This document shows, piece by piece, positions 38,741 through 48,111 of a stretch of DNA of 64,000 bases. This DNA comes from a virus. Lineage: Duplodnaviria; Caudoviricetes. The number at the start of each line of letters is the position of its first letter. The first letter of the stretch is position 1. The notes beneath the pieces are model-generated. The model saw nothing but the letters and a program-made list of their open reading frames with translations, made no database searches and had not been told where the DNA came from. The position numbers were made by a program, and so were the translations under genes. Location of the stretch: positions 15,409-79,408 of IMG/VR virus record IMGVR_UViG_3300032240_001531. The stretch is one strand, 5' to 3'.

Positions 38741-39292
38741 ATGAAGATACGTGATCAATTCCCAGACCCGTGGGATAAGCACAAAAATCCATATGACCCA
38801 TATGGTAAAGCAACTCCAAATCCGCATGACCCTGCGGATATTTATACTAAATGGCAGAAACCGCCTGCCCCAAAGGTTATTACCATCAATGACCTATTTC
38901 CAAGCCTAGACCGTTGGTCTATTGGTTGGTCCCCGCTGTTAGAGCAGCTTAAAGAGTTGTCAACTGCCAAGGCGAGTTATCCTCCCTATGACATTATTGA
39001 CCACAAAAACGACACCACAGTCATCAATGTAGCTGTTGCTGGTTTCGATAAGAAAGAACTATCAATCACAGTAGAAGAACAGGCGTTGAAAATTGAAGGT
39101 AAAAAGAAAGACAAAGAACAAGAAGGCGAACTCGTTCACAACGGTATCGCTGGACGCGATTTTAAGCTCACTTTTGCCCTTGCTGAATTTTACGAAGTAG
39201 AGTCAGCCAAGGTAGAAAACGGGCTTTTATCAGTCAAGTTGTTTAAGAATATCCCTGACGAAAAGAAGCCAAAAGTCATAGATATCAAATAA
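38741..39292 (+). CDS. Small heat shock protein (Hsp20)
   Basis: YPPYDI, AVAGF, HNGIAGRDF, ENGLL, PKVIDI. Confidence 0.9.
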   Translation: MKIRDQFPDPWDKHKNPYDPYGKATPNPHDPADIYTKWQKPPAPKVITINDLFPSLDRWSIGWSPLLEQLKELSTAKASYPPYDIIDHKNDTTVINVAVAGFDKKELSITVEEQALKIEGKKKDKEQEGELVHNGIAGRDFKLTFALAEFYEVESAKVENGLLSVKLFKNIPDEKKPKVIDIK

Positions 39293-39305
39293 ACTGTAGT
39301 GGTTA

Positions 39306-39376
39306 TGGTTCTAAGTGTTACGGTAGCACGGCGGTCTCCAACACCGCAGGCGTAGGTTCGACTCCTACAGAACCAG
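39306..39376 (+). tRNA. tRNA-Trp(CCA)
   Basis: Acceptor TGGTTCT/AGAACCA, anticodon arm GCGGT-CTCCAAC-ACCGC, T arm GTAGG-TTCGACT-CCTAC, G discriminator; no encoded CCA. Confidence 0.9.
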
Positions 39377-39398
39377 CTTTTTATGGTAAACTATAGGT

Positions 39399-39563
39399 AT
39401 GCCAAACGCACCTAAAACCCCGACACGCACTATCCGCGTACCTGACGCCCTATGGCTAGCCGTACAAAAAGAAGCCGCTAAGCAGGGTATAACCGTTACT
39501 AGCATTCTTCTAGAAGCTATGGAAAAATTTATTGCTGAAGGACTTGACAAAGTCGCTGAGTAA
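39399..39563 (+). CDS. Ribbon-helix-helix DNA-binding protein (54 aa, leaderless)
   Basis: TPTRTIRVPDALW...A...G.TVTSIL; TGnTAAACT 6 nt before the ATG. Confidence 0.75.
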   Translation: MPNAPKTPTRTIRVPDALWLAVQKEAAKQGITVTSILLEAMEKFIAEGLDKVAE

Positions 39564-39625
39564 GGTTTAGATTTATACAGCTAAGACATAGCATCCCCCA
39601 CGGGGGTTAGACTACAGAGGTATAA

Positions 39626-40063
39626 ATGCCCATTAATAACGAGTCAGTTCCAGACTCAAACTTGGAACCATTACGCAAAGAAGTACAGCAGTATGTATTT
39701 CTAAAGGAAGAAGTTACTGCTATTGAGGCCCGCGTCGGCACTCTCAGAAAGCGTATCCTAGCTGCTGTTGAAGAACTCGGCGAAGAGAACGAAAAAGGAA
39801 GTCTTGTACTTCCTATTGACGATAATGTCAGCAACACTGCTAATGTAGTAAAACAACGTCGTGTGTCTAAAGTATTTGACGAAGACAAGGCTGATACTTT
39901 ACTAAAGGAAAAAGGTTTGTTTGATTCATTAACTAAAACAGTTGTAGTACTTGACCAAGATGCTGTCATGGCTGCATACTATGATGGTAAGCTAACCGAC
40001 GAAGACATCGAATCTATGTTTCCTGAGAAGGTTACATGGGCACTAATATTGGAGAAGAACTAA
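39626..40063 (+). CDS. Hypothetical protein, Gam/gp157-like
   Basis: N-terminal coiled coil and beta-rich C-terminus; TTGACA-N18-TAGATT upstream. Confidence 0.45.
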   Translation: MPINNESVPDSNLEPLRKEVQQYVFLKEEVTAIEARVGTLRKRILAAVEELGEENEKGSLVLPIDDNVSNTANVVKQRRVSKVFDEDKADTLLKEKGLFDSLTKTVVVLDQDAVMAAYYDGKLTDEDIESMFPEKVTWALILEKN

Positions 40064-40299
40064 TGGGACGCATGTCAGATTTAGACGCAGAACTACACGA
40101 ATTACCTGACGAAATTAAAGACTTTATGCACGGGTTTAACAGAGGCCGCGCCGAAGGACTTGCTATAGGTCAAGAAGAAGGTGCTTTTGCAGAACGTGAA
40201 CGCATCGTTAAGCTGCTAGAAAATCAACACAACTTTGACCAAATCTTTTTAGATGCTGTGAGTCACGTTATTACTCTTATCAATGGAGAAGACAATTAG
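40063..40299 (+). CDS. Hypothetical protein
   Basis: TAATG coupling; ERERIVKLL motif. Confidence 0.55.
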   Translation: MGRMSDLDAELHELPDEIKDFMHGFNRGRAEGLAIGQEEGAFAERERIVKLLENQHNFDQIFLDAVSHVITLINGEDN

Positions 40300-40738
40300 C
40301 CAAATAAATTCTGGTCTATACTCTAGCGCAACTGATGACTGGGGTACGCCTCAAGCATTGTTTGACGAGTTAAACGATGAATTTAATTTTACCCTGGATG
40401 CTTGTGCTAGCGCACACAACTTTAAAGTAGATGTTTATTTTACTAAAGAGGATAATGCGCTAGTGCAGGACTGGGTGGGTACCGTATGGATGAACCCGCC
40501 TTACGGTAGAACTATCGGTAAATGGATGGCTAAGGCATACGCTGCTTCACAAACTGGGGCAACTGTAGTATGCTTAGTGCCTGCCCGTACAGATACTATC
40601 TGGTGGCATGACTATGCAATTAAAGGCGAAGTAAGATTTATAAAAGGCAGGCTAAAGTTTGAACAACCAGGGTTTGCCAAAAATAGCTCAGCACCTTTTC
40701 CAAGTGCTATAGTAATTTTTAAAGGAGTTAACTCATGA
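40283..40738 (+). CDS. Phage DNA N6-adenine methyltransferase (Dam-type)
   Basis: WGTPQ, FTLDACA, NPPY, VPARTDT, GRLKF. Confidence 0.9.
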   Translation: MEKTISQINSGLYSSATDDWGTPQALFDELNDEFNFTLDACASAHNFKVDVYFTKEDNALVQDWVGTVWMNPPYGRTIGKWMAKAYAASQTGATVVCLVPARTDTIWWHDYAIKGEVRFIKGRLKFEQPGFAKNSSAPFPSAIVIFKGVNS

Positions 40739-40908
40739 ATCAACGCATAACTAAAAAAGAAATTATTGCAATTGCGGGAATAATTTTGGCTATGTTTGGT
40801 TCTTTATTATACGGCTATTTTTTAATTAGAGAAAACAAGCCTAAATCGTGTTGGGATTTATATACAACTGAGAATGAAGCTATTTTGCACTGTGAGGTTC
40901 ACGACTAA
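40735..40908 (+). CDS. Small membrane protein (57 aa)
   Basis: AAGGAG SD, one TM helix, coupled on both sides. Confidence 0.55.
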   Translation: MNQRITKKEIIAIAGIILAMFGSLLYGYFLIRENKPKSCWDLYTTENEAILHCEVHD

Positions 40909-41378
40909 TGAGTGAAAAAGATTTTATTGACGATATGTTTGGCGAACTTGATGTTTATTATCCCGGCAGTAAACGTAAGCGTAAAGAGGTTCCAGAAATG
41001 CCTGCATTAGATACAGACTGGGAAAAAGATTTTGTGTTAAAAACTTTACCAAATGGTAGAGAAATTGAAGTTTATATGTTAGGCTCATTAGCCAAAGCAT
41101 TAAATAAAACCATCCCTACGCTTAGGCAATGGATGGATAGAGGAAAGCTTCCTCAGTCACCTTATCGCTTACCGGCTAAACCCGATAAGAATGGTAAGAT
41201 GCATGAGGGAAGGCGTCTTTATAGTAAGGCAATGGTAAAAATTACAGTTGAATTGTTCGCAAAAGCTGGACTTTTGGGCACAGATCGTATAGACTGGAAT
41301 ATACACCGGAATCTTACTAGTAGGATAGCCGAGGCGTGGGAATCAATCCGCGCAGAAGAAAACAAAATAATCAACTAA
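40908..41378 (+). CDS. MerR-like HTH DNA-binding protein
   Basis: LAKALNKTIPTLRQW...GRRLYS. Confidence 0.7.
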   Translation: MSEKDFIDDMFGELDVYYPGSKRKRKEVPEMPALDTDWEKDFVLKTLPNGREIEVYMLGSLAKALNKTIPTLRQWMDRGKLPQSPYRLPAKPDKNGKMHEGRRLYSKAMVKITVELFAKAGLLGTDRIDWNIHRNLTSRIAEAWESIRAEENKIIN

Positions 41379-41385
41379 GGAAAAC

Positions 41386-42045
41386 ATGCCCCTAAACAAT
41401 AATGCCCCAGATGCCGCTAGCTACCTTGCCGACGACATCGATGCCCGCCCATCACAGGCCACAGCAACATCTACATCAGTTCAGTCTGGTTGGGATGCTG
41501 CCGAAAGCCTTGCAGTCTCAAGCGAATTTCCAACGGAAGTTAAGTTTGAGGAAAACCAGCACCAGGTCTTCAAGTTTCTTGACGAGAACGGCCCGTTTGC
41601 TATTTACAAGCAGCACTTCCTAAAGCAGAAGACAAGCGGTAAGCGCTCGTATGTCTGTATTGGTGCTAATTGCCCACTTTGCGTCAAGCTCCAGGACCGC
41701 CCGGAGAACAAGCGCGCTTTTACAGTTGTGTCATTAAACTCACCAATTGGAATGCAGCGTCAGATGCTAATTTCAGGTGCACGCCTATATCAGGCTTTGC
41801 ACGCAGCTCACTATTCACCACAGGGTCCTCTTACAAAGGGATACTGGGCGATTGTGCGTATCGGTAAGGGTCCATCGACTTCTTACACCGTATCTCCAAT
41901 CAAGGAACGCGACCTAGAGGAAGACTGGAAACTAGATGCAGATGCTGCGTCTAAAGTTGTCAGTGCTTCAGAGGTTTACACCCGCGGGCTAATCAAAGAG
42001 CACTCATTTGAAGAGCTCGATGAAATCGCGGATTCGCTAATCTAG
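41386..42045 (+). CDS. Single-stranded DNA-binding protein (gp32-like)
   Basis: H...CIGANCPLC zinc site, acidic C-terminus, adjacent to the polymerase. Confidence 0.65.
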   Translation: MPLNNNAPDAASYLADDIDARPSQATATSTSVQSGWDAAESLAVSSEFPTEVKFEENQHQVFKFLDENGPFAIYKQHFLKQKTSGKRSYVCIGANCPLCVKLQDRPENKRAFTVVSLNSPIGMQRQMLISGARLYQALHAAHYSPQGPLTKGYWAIVRIGKGPSTSYTVSPIKERDLEEDWKLDADAASKVVSASEVYTRGLIKEHSFEELDEIADSLI

Positions 42046-42105
42046 ATTCAATAGCAATAGGCGGGGACTTGACATCCCCGCCTATTACGCTATTGTGGAG
42101 ATATT

Positions 42106-44088
42106 ATGAATATTATTACTACTGCCGAACAACTTGCCGAGATGGTAGATTACTACCTAACTCAAGATGCCTTTGCCTTTGACGTTGAAACCGTAGGCCC
42201 ACGCCGAGGCATGACTCCTGTAAATGAAGTCTTATGGATTACATTTGCAACTAACGGACGCTGTGACGTCATCCCTATGGGCCACCCACACGGCGACTTT
42301 ATTGAAGAAGTTTTTCCGCTCACCGGTCAGGGCGAAGTTCGCAAAGAAAAGGGGCTAACCCTTAGACCTAGCGACTACAGCCGTGACTCGAAGAAAGCCA
42401 CTAAAGTTTTTGGTCCCGCACCAGAACAGCTGTATCCAGCTGAGGTGTTTAAGGCATTAGAGCCATTGATGTTTAGCCAAGATGTCCTTACTATTGGCCA
42501 TAACTTAGTTTTTGACCTTACATCAGTTGCAAAGTATTACGGTGGCCGCGTTCCTGCCGGCCCTTACTTCGACACTATGATTGCTTCATTTATTTCAGAC
42601 AACCGCAATAAAAATAAGTGTGGTCTTGCTGACTGCCTTAAGCGCGAGTTTGGGTATGAGATGGAAAAAGGTGTTGGTAAAGAAGTTGAAGTTTATGACT
42701 TTAATACTGTAGCTAAATACGCTTATCTAGACTCTAAGTACACTTTTTTATTGTGGAAGTCGCTTGTACCTAAATTAGACGCCGCAGACCTTAACCGAGT
42801 ATTTGCATTAGAAATGGATGTATTGCGTGTTTTATGCGACATGAAATTAACTGGTGCAGTTATTGATACGGTATCCCTAGAACAATTAAAGATTGATTTA
42901 GAAGCTAAAGTAGATGAGGCACGAGCCAATATTTATAAAGCTGCCGGTCGCGAGTTTAATATTAATTCTAATCAAGAAAAACAAGTATTACTGTATGGCG
43001 CTAAAGAAGACGGCGGACGAGGGCTAAAGCCTAAAGTTCTTACGACTAAAGGTAGTCAAAAAGACAAAGAAGGCGCAGACCTATCACAGTCAGATTATTC
43101 AGTATCAGCCGAGGCACTAGAACCTTACCGTGATAAAGACCCACTAGTTACAGCTATGTTGGAATACGCTGACTATAATAAGCTTCTTTCAACTTACGTA
43201 ATTCCATATTTAGGCGGAGATATTGAACGCACAACTTCTGGAAAAACTCGTACAGAGACCAAGGAAAGCCTTTTAATTAACGGGCGATTACACGGTGACT
43301 TTGTACAGCACGGAGCTGAGACAGGCCGTTTTTCAAGCCGTAACCCTAACTTGCAAAACGTACCGGCACCGCATACTGCGCATGGTAAAGCTATTCGTAA
43401 TTTGTTTACAGCACCTCCGGGCCAAGTATTAGTTGTGGCTGACTACTCACAGATTGAGCCACGCGTTATTGCGTCATTCTCAGAAGATCCGATTATGATG
43501 GATAACTATTTAGAGGGTAGAGACATTTACACCACTATTGGTGACACTATGGGCGTAGACCGTAAAGCGGGTAAAGTACTTGTGTTAGCTATGGCATATG
43601 GTGTTGGTCCAGATAAAATTGCCGCGTCTATTGGTTGTTCTAAAACTGAAGCTAAAGACTTATTAGATAGGTTTGCTAAAGAGTTCCCTGCTATTTCTGC
43701 TTATCGTTCCAAAGTTATTTCAGCCACTCGTGCAGGTAAACCAGTTGCACATATCAAAACTATTACGGGACGCCGTCGCTATCTTCCTGAAATTATGTCA
43801 AGAGATAATGGACTTCGTGCAGGAGCTGAGCGTCAAGCGTTTAACACAAAGATTCAAGGTAGTGCCGCAGATATTATTAAAATTGCCATGGTACGTGCTT
43901 GGACAATGATTCCAAAAGAGGCTAAGATAATACTTACTGTTCACGATGAATTGGTAGTTACTACACCAGCAGAACTGGCAGAAGAAACAGCAGAAAAGCT
44001 GCGTGAAGCTATGGAGGATATTCAAGTGTTAAAAGTACCATTAATTGCTGATATTAAAATTGTCGATAAGTGGGGAGAAGCAAAATGA
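42106..44088 (+). CDS. polA: DNA polymerase, family A, with 3'-5' exonuclease
   Basis: FDVET, GHNLVFD, TGRFSSRNPNLQN, DYSQIE, IQGSAAD, VHDE. Confidence 0.95.
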   Translation: MNIITTAEQLAEMVDYYLTQDAFAFDVETVGPRRGMTPVNEVLWITFATNGRCDVIPMGHPHGDFIEEVFPLTGQGEVRKEKGLTLRPSDYSRDSKKATKVFGPAPEQLYPAEVFKALEPLMFSQDVLTIGHNLVFDLTSVAKYYGGRVPAGPYFDTMIASFISDNRNKNKCGLADCLKREFGYEMEKGVGKEVEVYDFNTVAKYAYLDSKYTFLLWKSLVPKLDAADLNRVFALEMDVLRVLCDMKLTGAVIDTVSLEQLKIDLEAKVDEARANIYKAAGREFNINSNQEKQVLLYGAKEDGGRGLKPKVLTTKGSQKDKEGADLSQSDYSVSAEALEPYRDKDPLVTAMLEYADYNKLLSTYVIPYLGGDIERTTSGKTRTETKESLLINGRLHGDFVQHGAETGRFSSRNPNLQNVPAPHTAHGKAIRNLFTAPPGQVLVVADYSQIEPRVIASFSEDPIMMDNYLEGRDIYTTIGDTMGVDRKAGKVLVLAMAYGVGPDKIAASIGCSKTEAKDLLDRFAKEFPAISAYRSKVISATRAGKPVAHIKTITGRRRYLPEIMSRDNGLRAGAERQAFNTKIQGSAADIIKIAMVRAWTMIPKEAKIILTVHDELVVTTPAELAEETAEKLREAMEDIQVLKVPLIADIKIVDKWGEAK

Positions 44089-44540
44089 CCGATTGGCCAA
44101 TACCTGAACCAGAAGGTGTGGGAGAAATACATCAAGTACCGGTCACAACTTTGTTTAGATGGTACTTATACGATACCGTTGGTTCTGATGCTAATAAAAA
44201 TATTGGAATTTTTAATCTGTCACCCGTTAGTGAAGAAGGACATGAAAAAGAACAAGATGATTCTGATAACCGACTTTTTAATATCGACGCGTTGTTACCT
44301 TTCCTAACTATCTATGCAAACATGAATGCTGAGTTTTCTTTTGAAGCTCACCGCAAAGAGATGTTAAAAATCCCAGGAGTTGACGAAAGTATGTTAGAAT
44401 CAAGTTCCACAACTTTAAAAGAGTTCTATAGCAATTTAACTTTTAATGGATTGTTAGCAACTATTTCAGCTGCGGTAGAGCTTAATTTAATTAAACTTCA
44501 CGGTACCTATACCGGATTAAAGGAGACAGATAATGAGTAA
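44085..44540 (+). CDS. Hypothetical protein
   Basis: ATGA overlap with the polymerase stop. Confidence 0.6.
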   Translation: MTDWPIPEPEGVGEIHQVPVTTLFRWYLYDTVGSDANKNIGIFNLSPVSEEGHEKEQDDSDNRLFNIDALLPFLTIYANMNAEFSFEAHRKEMLKIPGVDESMLESSSTTLKEFYSNLTFNGLLATISAAVELNLIKLHGTYTGLKETDNE

Positions 44541-44952
44541 TTGGTGGGCAGATAAATTAGGCACCCCAAGACAACCACAGCAACCACGATTACCTGAACA
44601 ACAAGTTCCTGTAGTCCAGCCTGGTATAACACCGCAGTATCCTGGGTATACTCCTAATCAAGGTTATCCTCCGGTTACCCAACAGCCTACTTACAACCCA
44701 GATTTAGCTGGGCATGTTCTTCCAGCAAGTGCATTGACCCCAAGTCGTTGTCCAAACTGTTCTAGTGGTAATTATGGAAAAATGACCCCAGAGACAGCGC
44801 CTCGTTGCTATGATTGCGGTTATCCAATACAGCAATCTGGTTCAGGTATGCCGGGAGTCAGAGTACCATCTAATGGTAATACACAAGCTGCTAAGCAAAT
44901 CAGTACAGCAAATAATTTTAACCCAGGCACAATTGTAGATAGGATCGGTTAA
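44533..44952 (+). CDS. Pro/Gln-rich zinc ribbon protein
   Basis: CPNC...CYDCG. Confidence 0.6.
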   Translation: MSNWWADKLGTPRQPQQPRLPEQQVPVVQPGITPQYPGYTPNQGYPPVTQQPTYNPDLAGHVLPASALTPSRCPNCSSGNYGKMTPETAPRCYDCGYPIQQSGSGMPGVRVPSNGNTQAAKQISTANNFNPGTIVDRIG

Positions 44953-45971
44953 TGTCTAAAGTAGTAGATGCTGTAGTAGCAAAATTAAATAAAAAACTTG
45001 GTGAAAATACTATTGTCAAGGCGTCTGAGATTGTACCTATGACTAGGTTTACATCGGGATCATTGTCATTGGATATGATTTTGGGCGGTGGTTGGCCAAC
45101 TAACCAATGGCATGAGATTATTGGTGAAGCAAGTAATGGTAAGACCGCACTAGCCCTTAAAACCATTGCAGCTAATCAGAAAATTAACCCTGATTTTACT
45201 ACTATTTGGATTGCTGCTGAGCAGTGGGTTCCAGAATATGCAGAGATGTGCGGAGTAGATTCCTCACGAGTGTTTGTGTTTAGTAGCAACGTTATGGAAA
45301 TTGCTTTAACAGCTGTCTTAGAATTTGTAGAAACTAAAGAAGTTGATTGTGTAGTTATTGACTCACTTCCGGCCCTTGTACCTTCAGCAGAAGACGAAAA
45401 GGAAATGGAAGAATTTACAGTTGGCCGTGGCGCAATGCTTATGGGTAAGTTCTTTCGTAAGATGGAACGAGCTGGCAAACGCAGTATGTTAGGCGAAGAG
45501 CGACCATTCATTGGTTTAATTATTAACCAGTTTCGTATGAAAATTGGCGTAATGTATGGAGACCCACGCACTACTCCAGGTGGCGAAGGTAAGAATTACT
45601 TTTTCTTTACCCGCGTTGATGTAAAGCGCGATGAATGGATTGAGATTGGCACAGGTCAGGAAAAGCGTAAGGTAGGCCAAACTATCAAATTCCAGACCAG
45701 AAAGAACAAGTCGTCACCTCCGGGACAGACTGCGTTTGTAGATTTTTACTTTGATGACGGCTCTGGCATTGACAAGGGTGAATATGATTTTGCCAAAGAA
45801 ATCGTATCGCTAGCCATCATTAATAAAATTGTTGTGAGAGCCGGAGCATATTACCGCTATTCTGACCGTCAATGGCAGGGTGCAGATGCGTTGCTTAGTT
45901 CAATTAGAGAAGAAGTAGACTTGCAGGAACAATTAACTAAAGACGTGATGGGTACTTTAAAGCTTGGCTAA
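44952..45971 (+). CDS. recA: RecA-like recombinase
   Basis: SGSLSLD, GEASNGKT, VIDS, INQFRMKIGVMYGDP.TTPGG. Confidence 0.95.
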   Translation: MSKVVDAVVAKLNKKLGENTIVKASEIVPMTRFTSGSLSLDMILGGGWPTNQWHEIIGEASNGKTALALKTIAANQKINPDFTTIWIAAEQWVPEYAEMCGVDSSRVFVFSSNVMEIALTAVLEFVETKEVDCVVIDSLPALVPSAEDEKEMEEFTVGRGAMLMGKFFRKMERAGKRSMLGEERPFIGLIINQFRMKIGVMYGDPRTTPGGEGKNYFFFTRVDVKRDEWIEIGTGQEKRKVGQTIKFQTRKNKSSPPGQTAFVDFYFDDGSGIDKGEYDFAKEIVSLAIINKIVVRAGAYYRYSDRQWQGADALLSSIREEVDLQEQLTKDVMGTLKLG

Positions 45972-46308
45972 ATCTGAGGGTCAGAAACAATCCCTAAAAC
46001 ATGAAAAACGCCTTGCCAAAGCCATCGGAGGTCAACGTAATGTTGCCTCCGGTGCTTTTTGGTTTCGCAAAGGCGATGTACGGTCACAAGACCTTCTAAT
46101 TGAACATAAGTGGACTGGTAAAAAGTCGTTTACCCTGAAGTCTGATGTATTAGAAAAGATAACCACAGAGGCCCTCCTAGACAGCCGTACGCCTGTTTTG
46201 GGCATAAGCCTAAATGATGTCAACTATGTGGTTATGGACGAAAATGACTTTTTGACAATGAGAGAATTTCTGCTACAATGTATAGAGGAGCACACGGAAG
46301 AGAAGTAG
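45964..46308 (+). CDS. PD-(D/E)xK nuclease / Holliday junction resolvase-like
   Basis: SGA...KGDV...IEHK. Confidence 0.7.
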   Translation: MAKSEGQKQSLKHEKRLAKAIGGQRNVASGAFWFRKGDVRSQDLLIEHKWTGKKSFTLKSDVLEKITTEALLDSRTPVLGISLNDVNYVVMDENDFLTMREFLLQCIEEHTEEK

Positions 46309-46327
46309 CTCAACTATTGGAGTTTAT

Positions 46328-46702
46328 TTGTCTACCCCGTTTACTAGCTTTCTTTCAGAACCAGACCCTTGGCAATATGAGTCCAAGTGCGGCACCAGAA
46401 GATATGATGATGAAACCAAAGATTATGTATCTGTTTATAATCCAGACCTTTGGTTTCCGCCAAGAGATAAAGAATTATACAAACCAATAGCAGACAAAGC
46501 TAAATCAATTTGTTTTGGCCGTGATGGCAAAGGTGAATGCCCTGTTCGTTTACAATGTTTAATGTTTGCGGATAAGAATGATGAAGTGCACGGTATCTGG
46601 GGCGGCATGAGCCATCGTGAACGAAACGCTTTAAAACGTAAAGCTAAAAAGCAAGGAACTACTTTAGAAGAACTTGCTAAAAAAGCTAGTAGACAACCAT
46701 AG
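46328..46702 (+). CDS. whiB: WhiB-family transcription factor
   Basis: Four Cys, CPVRLQC, HGIWGG..HRER. Confidence 0.9.
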   Translation: MSTPFTSFLSEPDPWQYESKCGTRRYDDETKDYVSVYNPDLWFPPRDKELYKPIADKAKSICFGRDGKGECPVRLQCLMFADKNDEVHGIWGGMSHRERNALKRKAKKQGTTLEELAKKASRQP

Positions 46703-46739
46703 AAAAGTGTGCTATGTTCTTAAGTGGAGGACATAAAAC

Positions 46740-47615
46740 ATGCCAGAGAAAAAACTAAAAAAGATACCAGCAGGTGCATTGAAAAGCTTTGTAGATGCCG
46801 GTAAATCAACCACAAGAGTGATTAGCAAAGTAGAACGCTTTGTACTATCACAACCTATAGATAATTCTAGATCGTTTAATGGTTTACACCCATCCGCTAT
46901 GGTTAGCCCATATTGGTGCCACCGAGCGTCTTACTTTCATTTAAAAGGTAATCATCCTACACCCGAAGCTCGCCAATTTAAACGCGAACTAATTTTTGCA
47001 CAAGGTCACGGTATTCATGCTACTTGGCAAAATTGGTTTCGTGACATGGGTAAGTTGTACGGTGTATGGGAGTGTAAGAGCTGCTTTATTAAAATTTGGG
47101 AAACTAGCCCAGAAGGTTGTGACTCCTGTAGTACGCAAGGAACAATGCGTTATAAAGAAGTTCCCGTAGAATATGACAAGTTGATGATTACTGGCCATTC
47201 AGACGGTTGGCTAAAAGGATTTGGCGATGACCTAATGCTTGAAATTAAGTCAGTAGGTGCCGGTACATTTATGTGGTACGACCGGTCAAACTGGTTTGCA
47301 TCAAATCAAGATTTTGCTGAAGCATGGAAAAATCTTAAGTCACCATTTGAGGCGCACATAGCCCAGGTTCAGTTATATATGAAAGTGTTAGAGTTATCTG
47401 GTCGGACAGATGTACCACAAGAAGCTGTGTTATTGTACGAAGCAAAGCCTACACAGGAAATTAAAGAGTTTATTGTTCGCAAAGATGATTGGGCGATTCA
47501 GCCAATTATTGATGGCGCACAAATTGTGGTAGACTCGTTATCTAAAAACAGCGCCCCAGACTGTAATGTTGGCGGAGCGTTAAAGTGCAAACAATGCGGA
47601 GGGTTCAATGAGTAA
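46740..47615 (+). CDS. Cas4-like exonuclease
   Basis: HPS...C, GHSDG, LEIKS, QVQLYM, C-terminal Cys cluster. Confidence 0.8.
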   Translation: MPEKKLKKIPAGALKSFVDAGKSTTRVISKVERFVLSQPIDNSRSFNGLHPSAMVSPYWCHRASYFHLKGNHPTPEARQFKRELIFAQGHGIHATWQNWFRDMGKLYGVWECKSCFIKIWETSPEGCDSCSTQGTMRYKEVPVEYDKLMITGHSDGWLKGFGDDLMLEIKSVGAGTFMWYDRSNWFASNQDFAEAWKNLKSPFEAHIAQVQLYMKVLELSGRTDVPQEAVLLYEAKPTQEIKEFIVRKDDWAIQPIIDGAQIVVDSLSKNSAPDCNVGGALKCKQCGGFNE

Positions 47616-48111
47616 GACAACATTAATCACAAATGACACCAGCAAGTACATCTTAGATATGCTTGATGAACAAGGATTGACTGTAGACCGTGAAACGTCT
47701 ATGCCACGCCCAGAGCTTCCAGCTGATATCACAGAGTTAGATGATGAAGACCTAATGCGTTTATACACACATTTATCGGCTTACAGTGAATTTCTAAGTA
47801 CTCAATTAGCCTGTGCCATTATTGATGAAAAAGATGCAGAACGTAACAAAGATTATGCTGAGTCAGAGGCAATGTTACGTCATCAGACAAACAACGCTAA
47901 GACCACAGTAACTATTATTAAAGCCTTAGTTGATGGCGACCCTACACTCGGTGAAGTGCGCCAGGAGGCCTTGGTCAAGTACTCGTATCGCAAAATGCTA
48001 GAGACCATGGTTAATAACTACGAACGTAGCACCGCGGTCTGTAGCCGTGAACTGACCCGTAGAACATCAAGCGATAACTTTAAGACCAGAAGTCGTAAGT
48101 TTACCGCATAA
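47608..48111 (+). CDS. Helical recombination mediator-like protein (UvsY-like)
   Basis: Coiled-coil ending SRELTRR; recombination context. Confidence 0.4.
   Translation: MSKTTLITNDTSKYILDMLDEQGLTVDRETSMPRPELPADITELDDEDLMRLYTHLSAYSEFLSTQLACAIIDEKDAERNKDYAESEAMLRHQTNNAKTTVTIIKALVDGDPTLGEVRQEALVKYSYRKMLETMVNNYERSTAVCSRELTRRTSSDNFKTRSRKFTA

Noticed and set aside
39306-39376. tRNA-Trp as evidence of stop-codon reassignment
   Set aside because: Anticodon is the standard CCA and genes end normally at TAA, TAG and TGA
46740-47615. Cas4-like nuclease as a sign of a CRISPR system
   Set aside because: No repeat-spacer array or other cas genes; solo Cas4-like exonucleases are common in phage recombination modules
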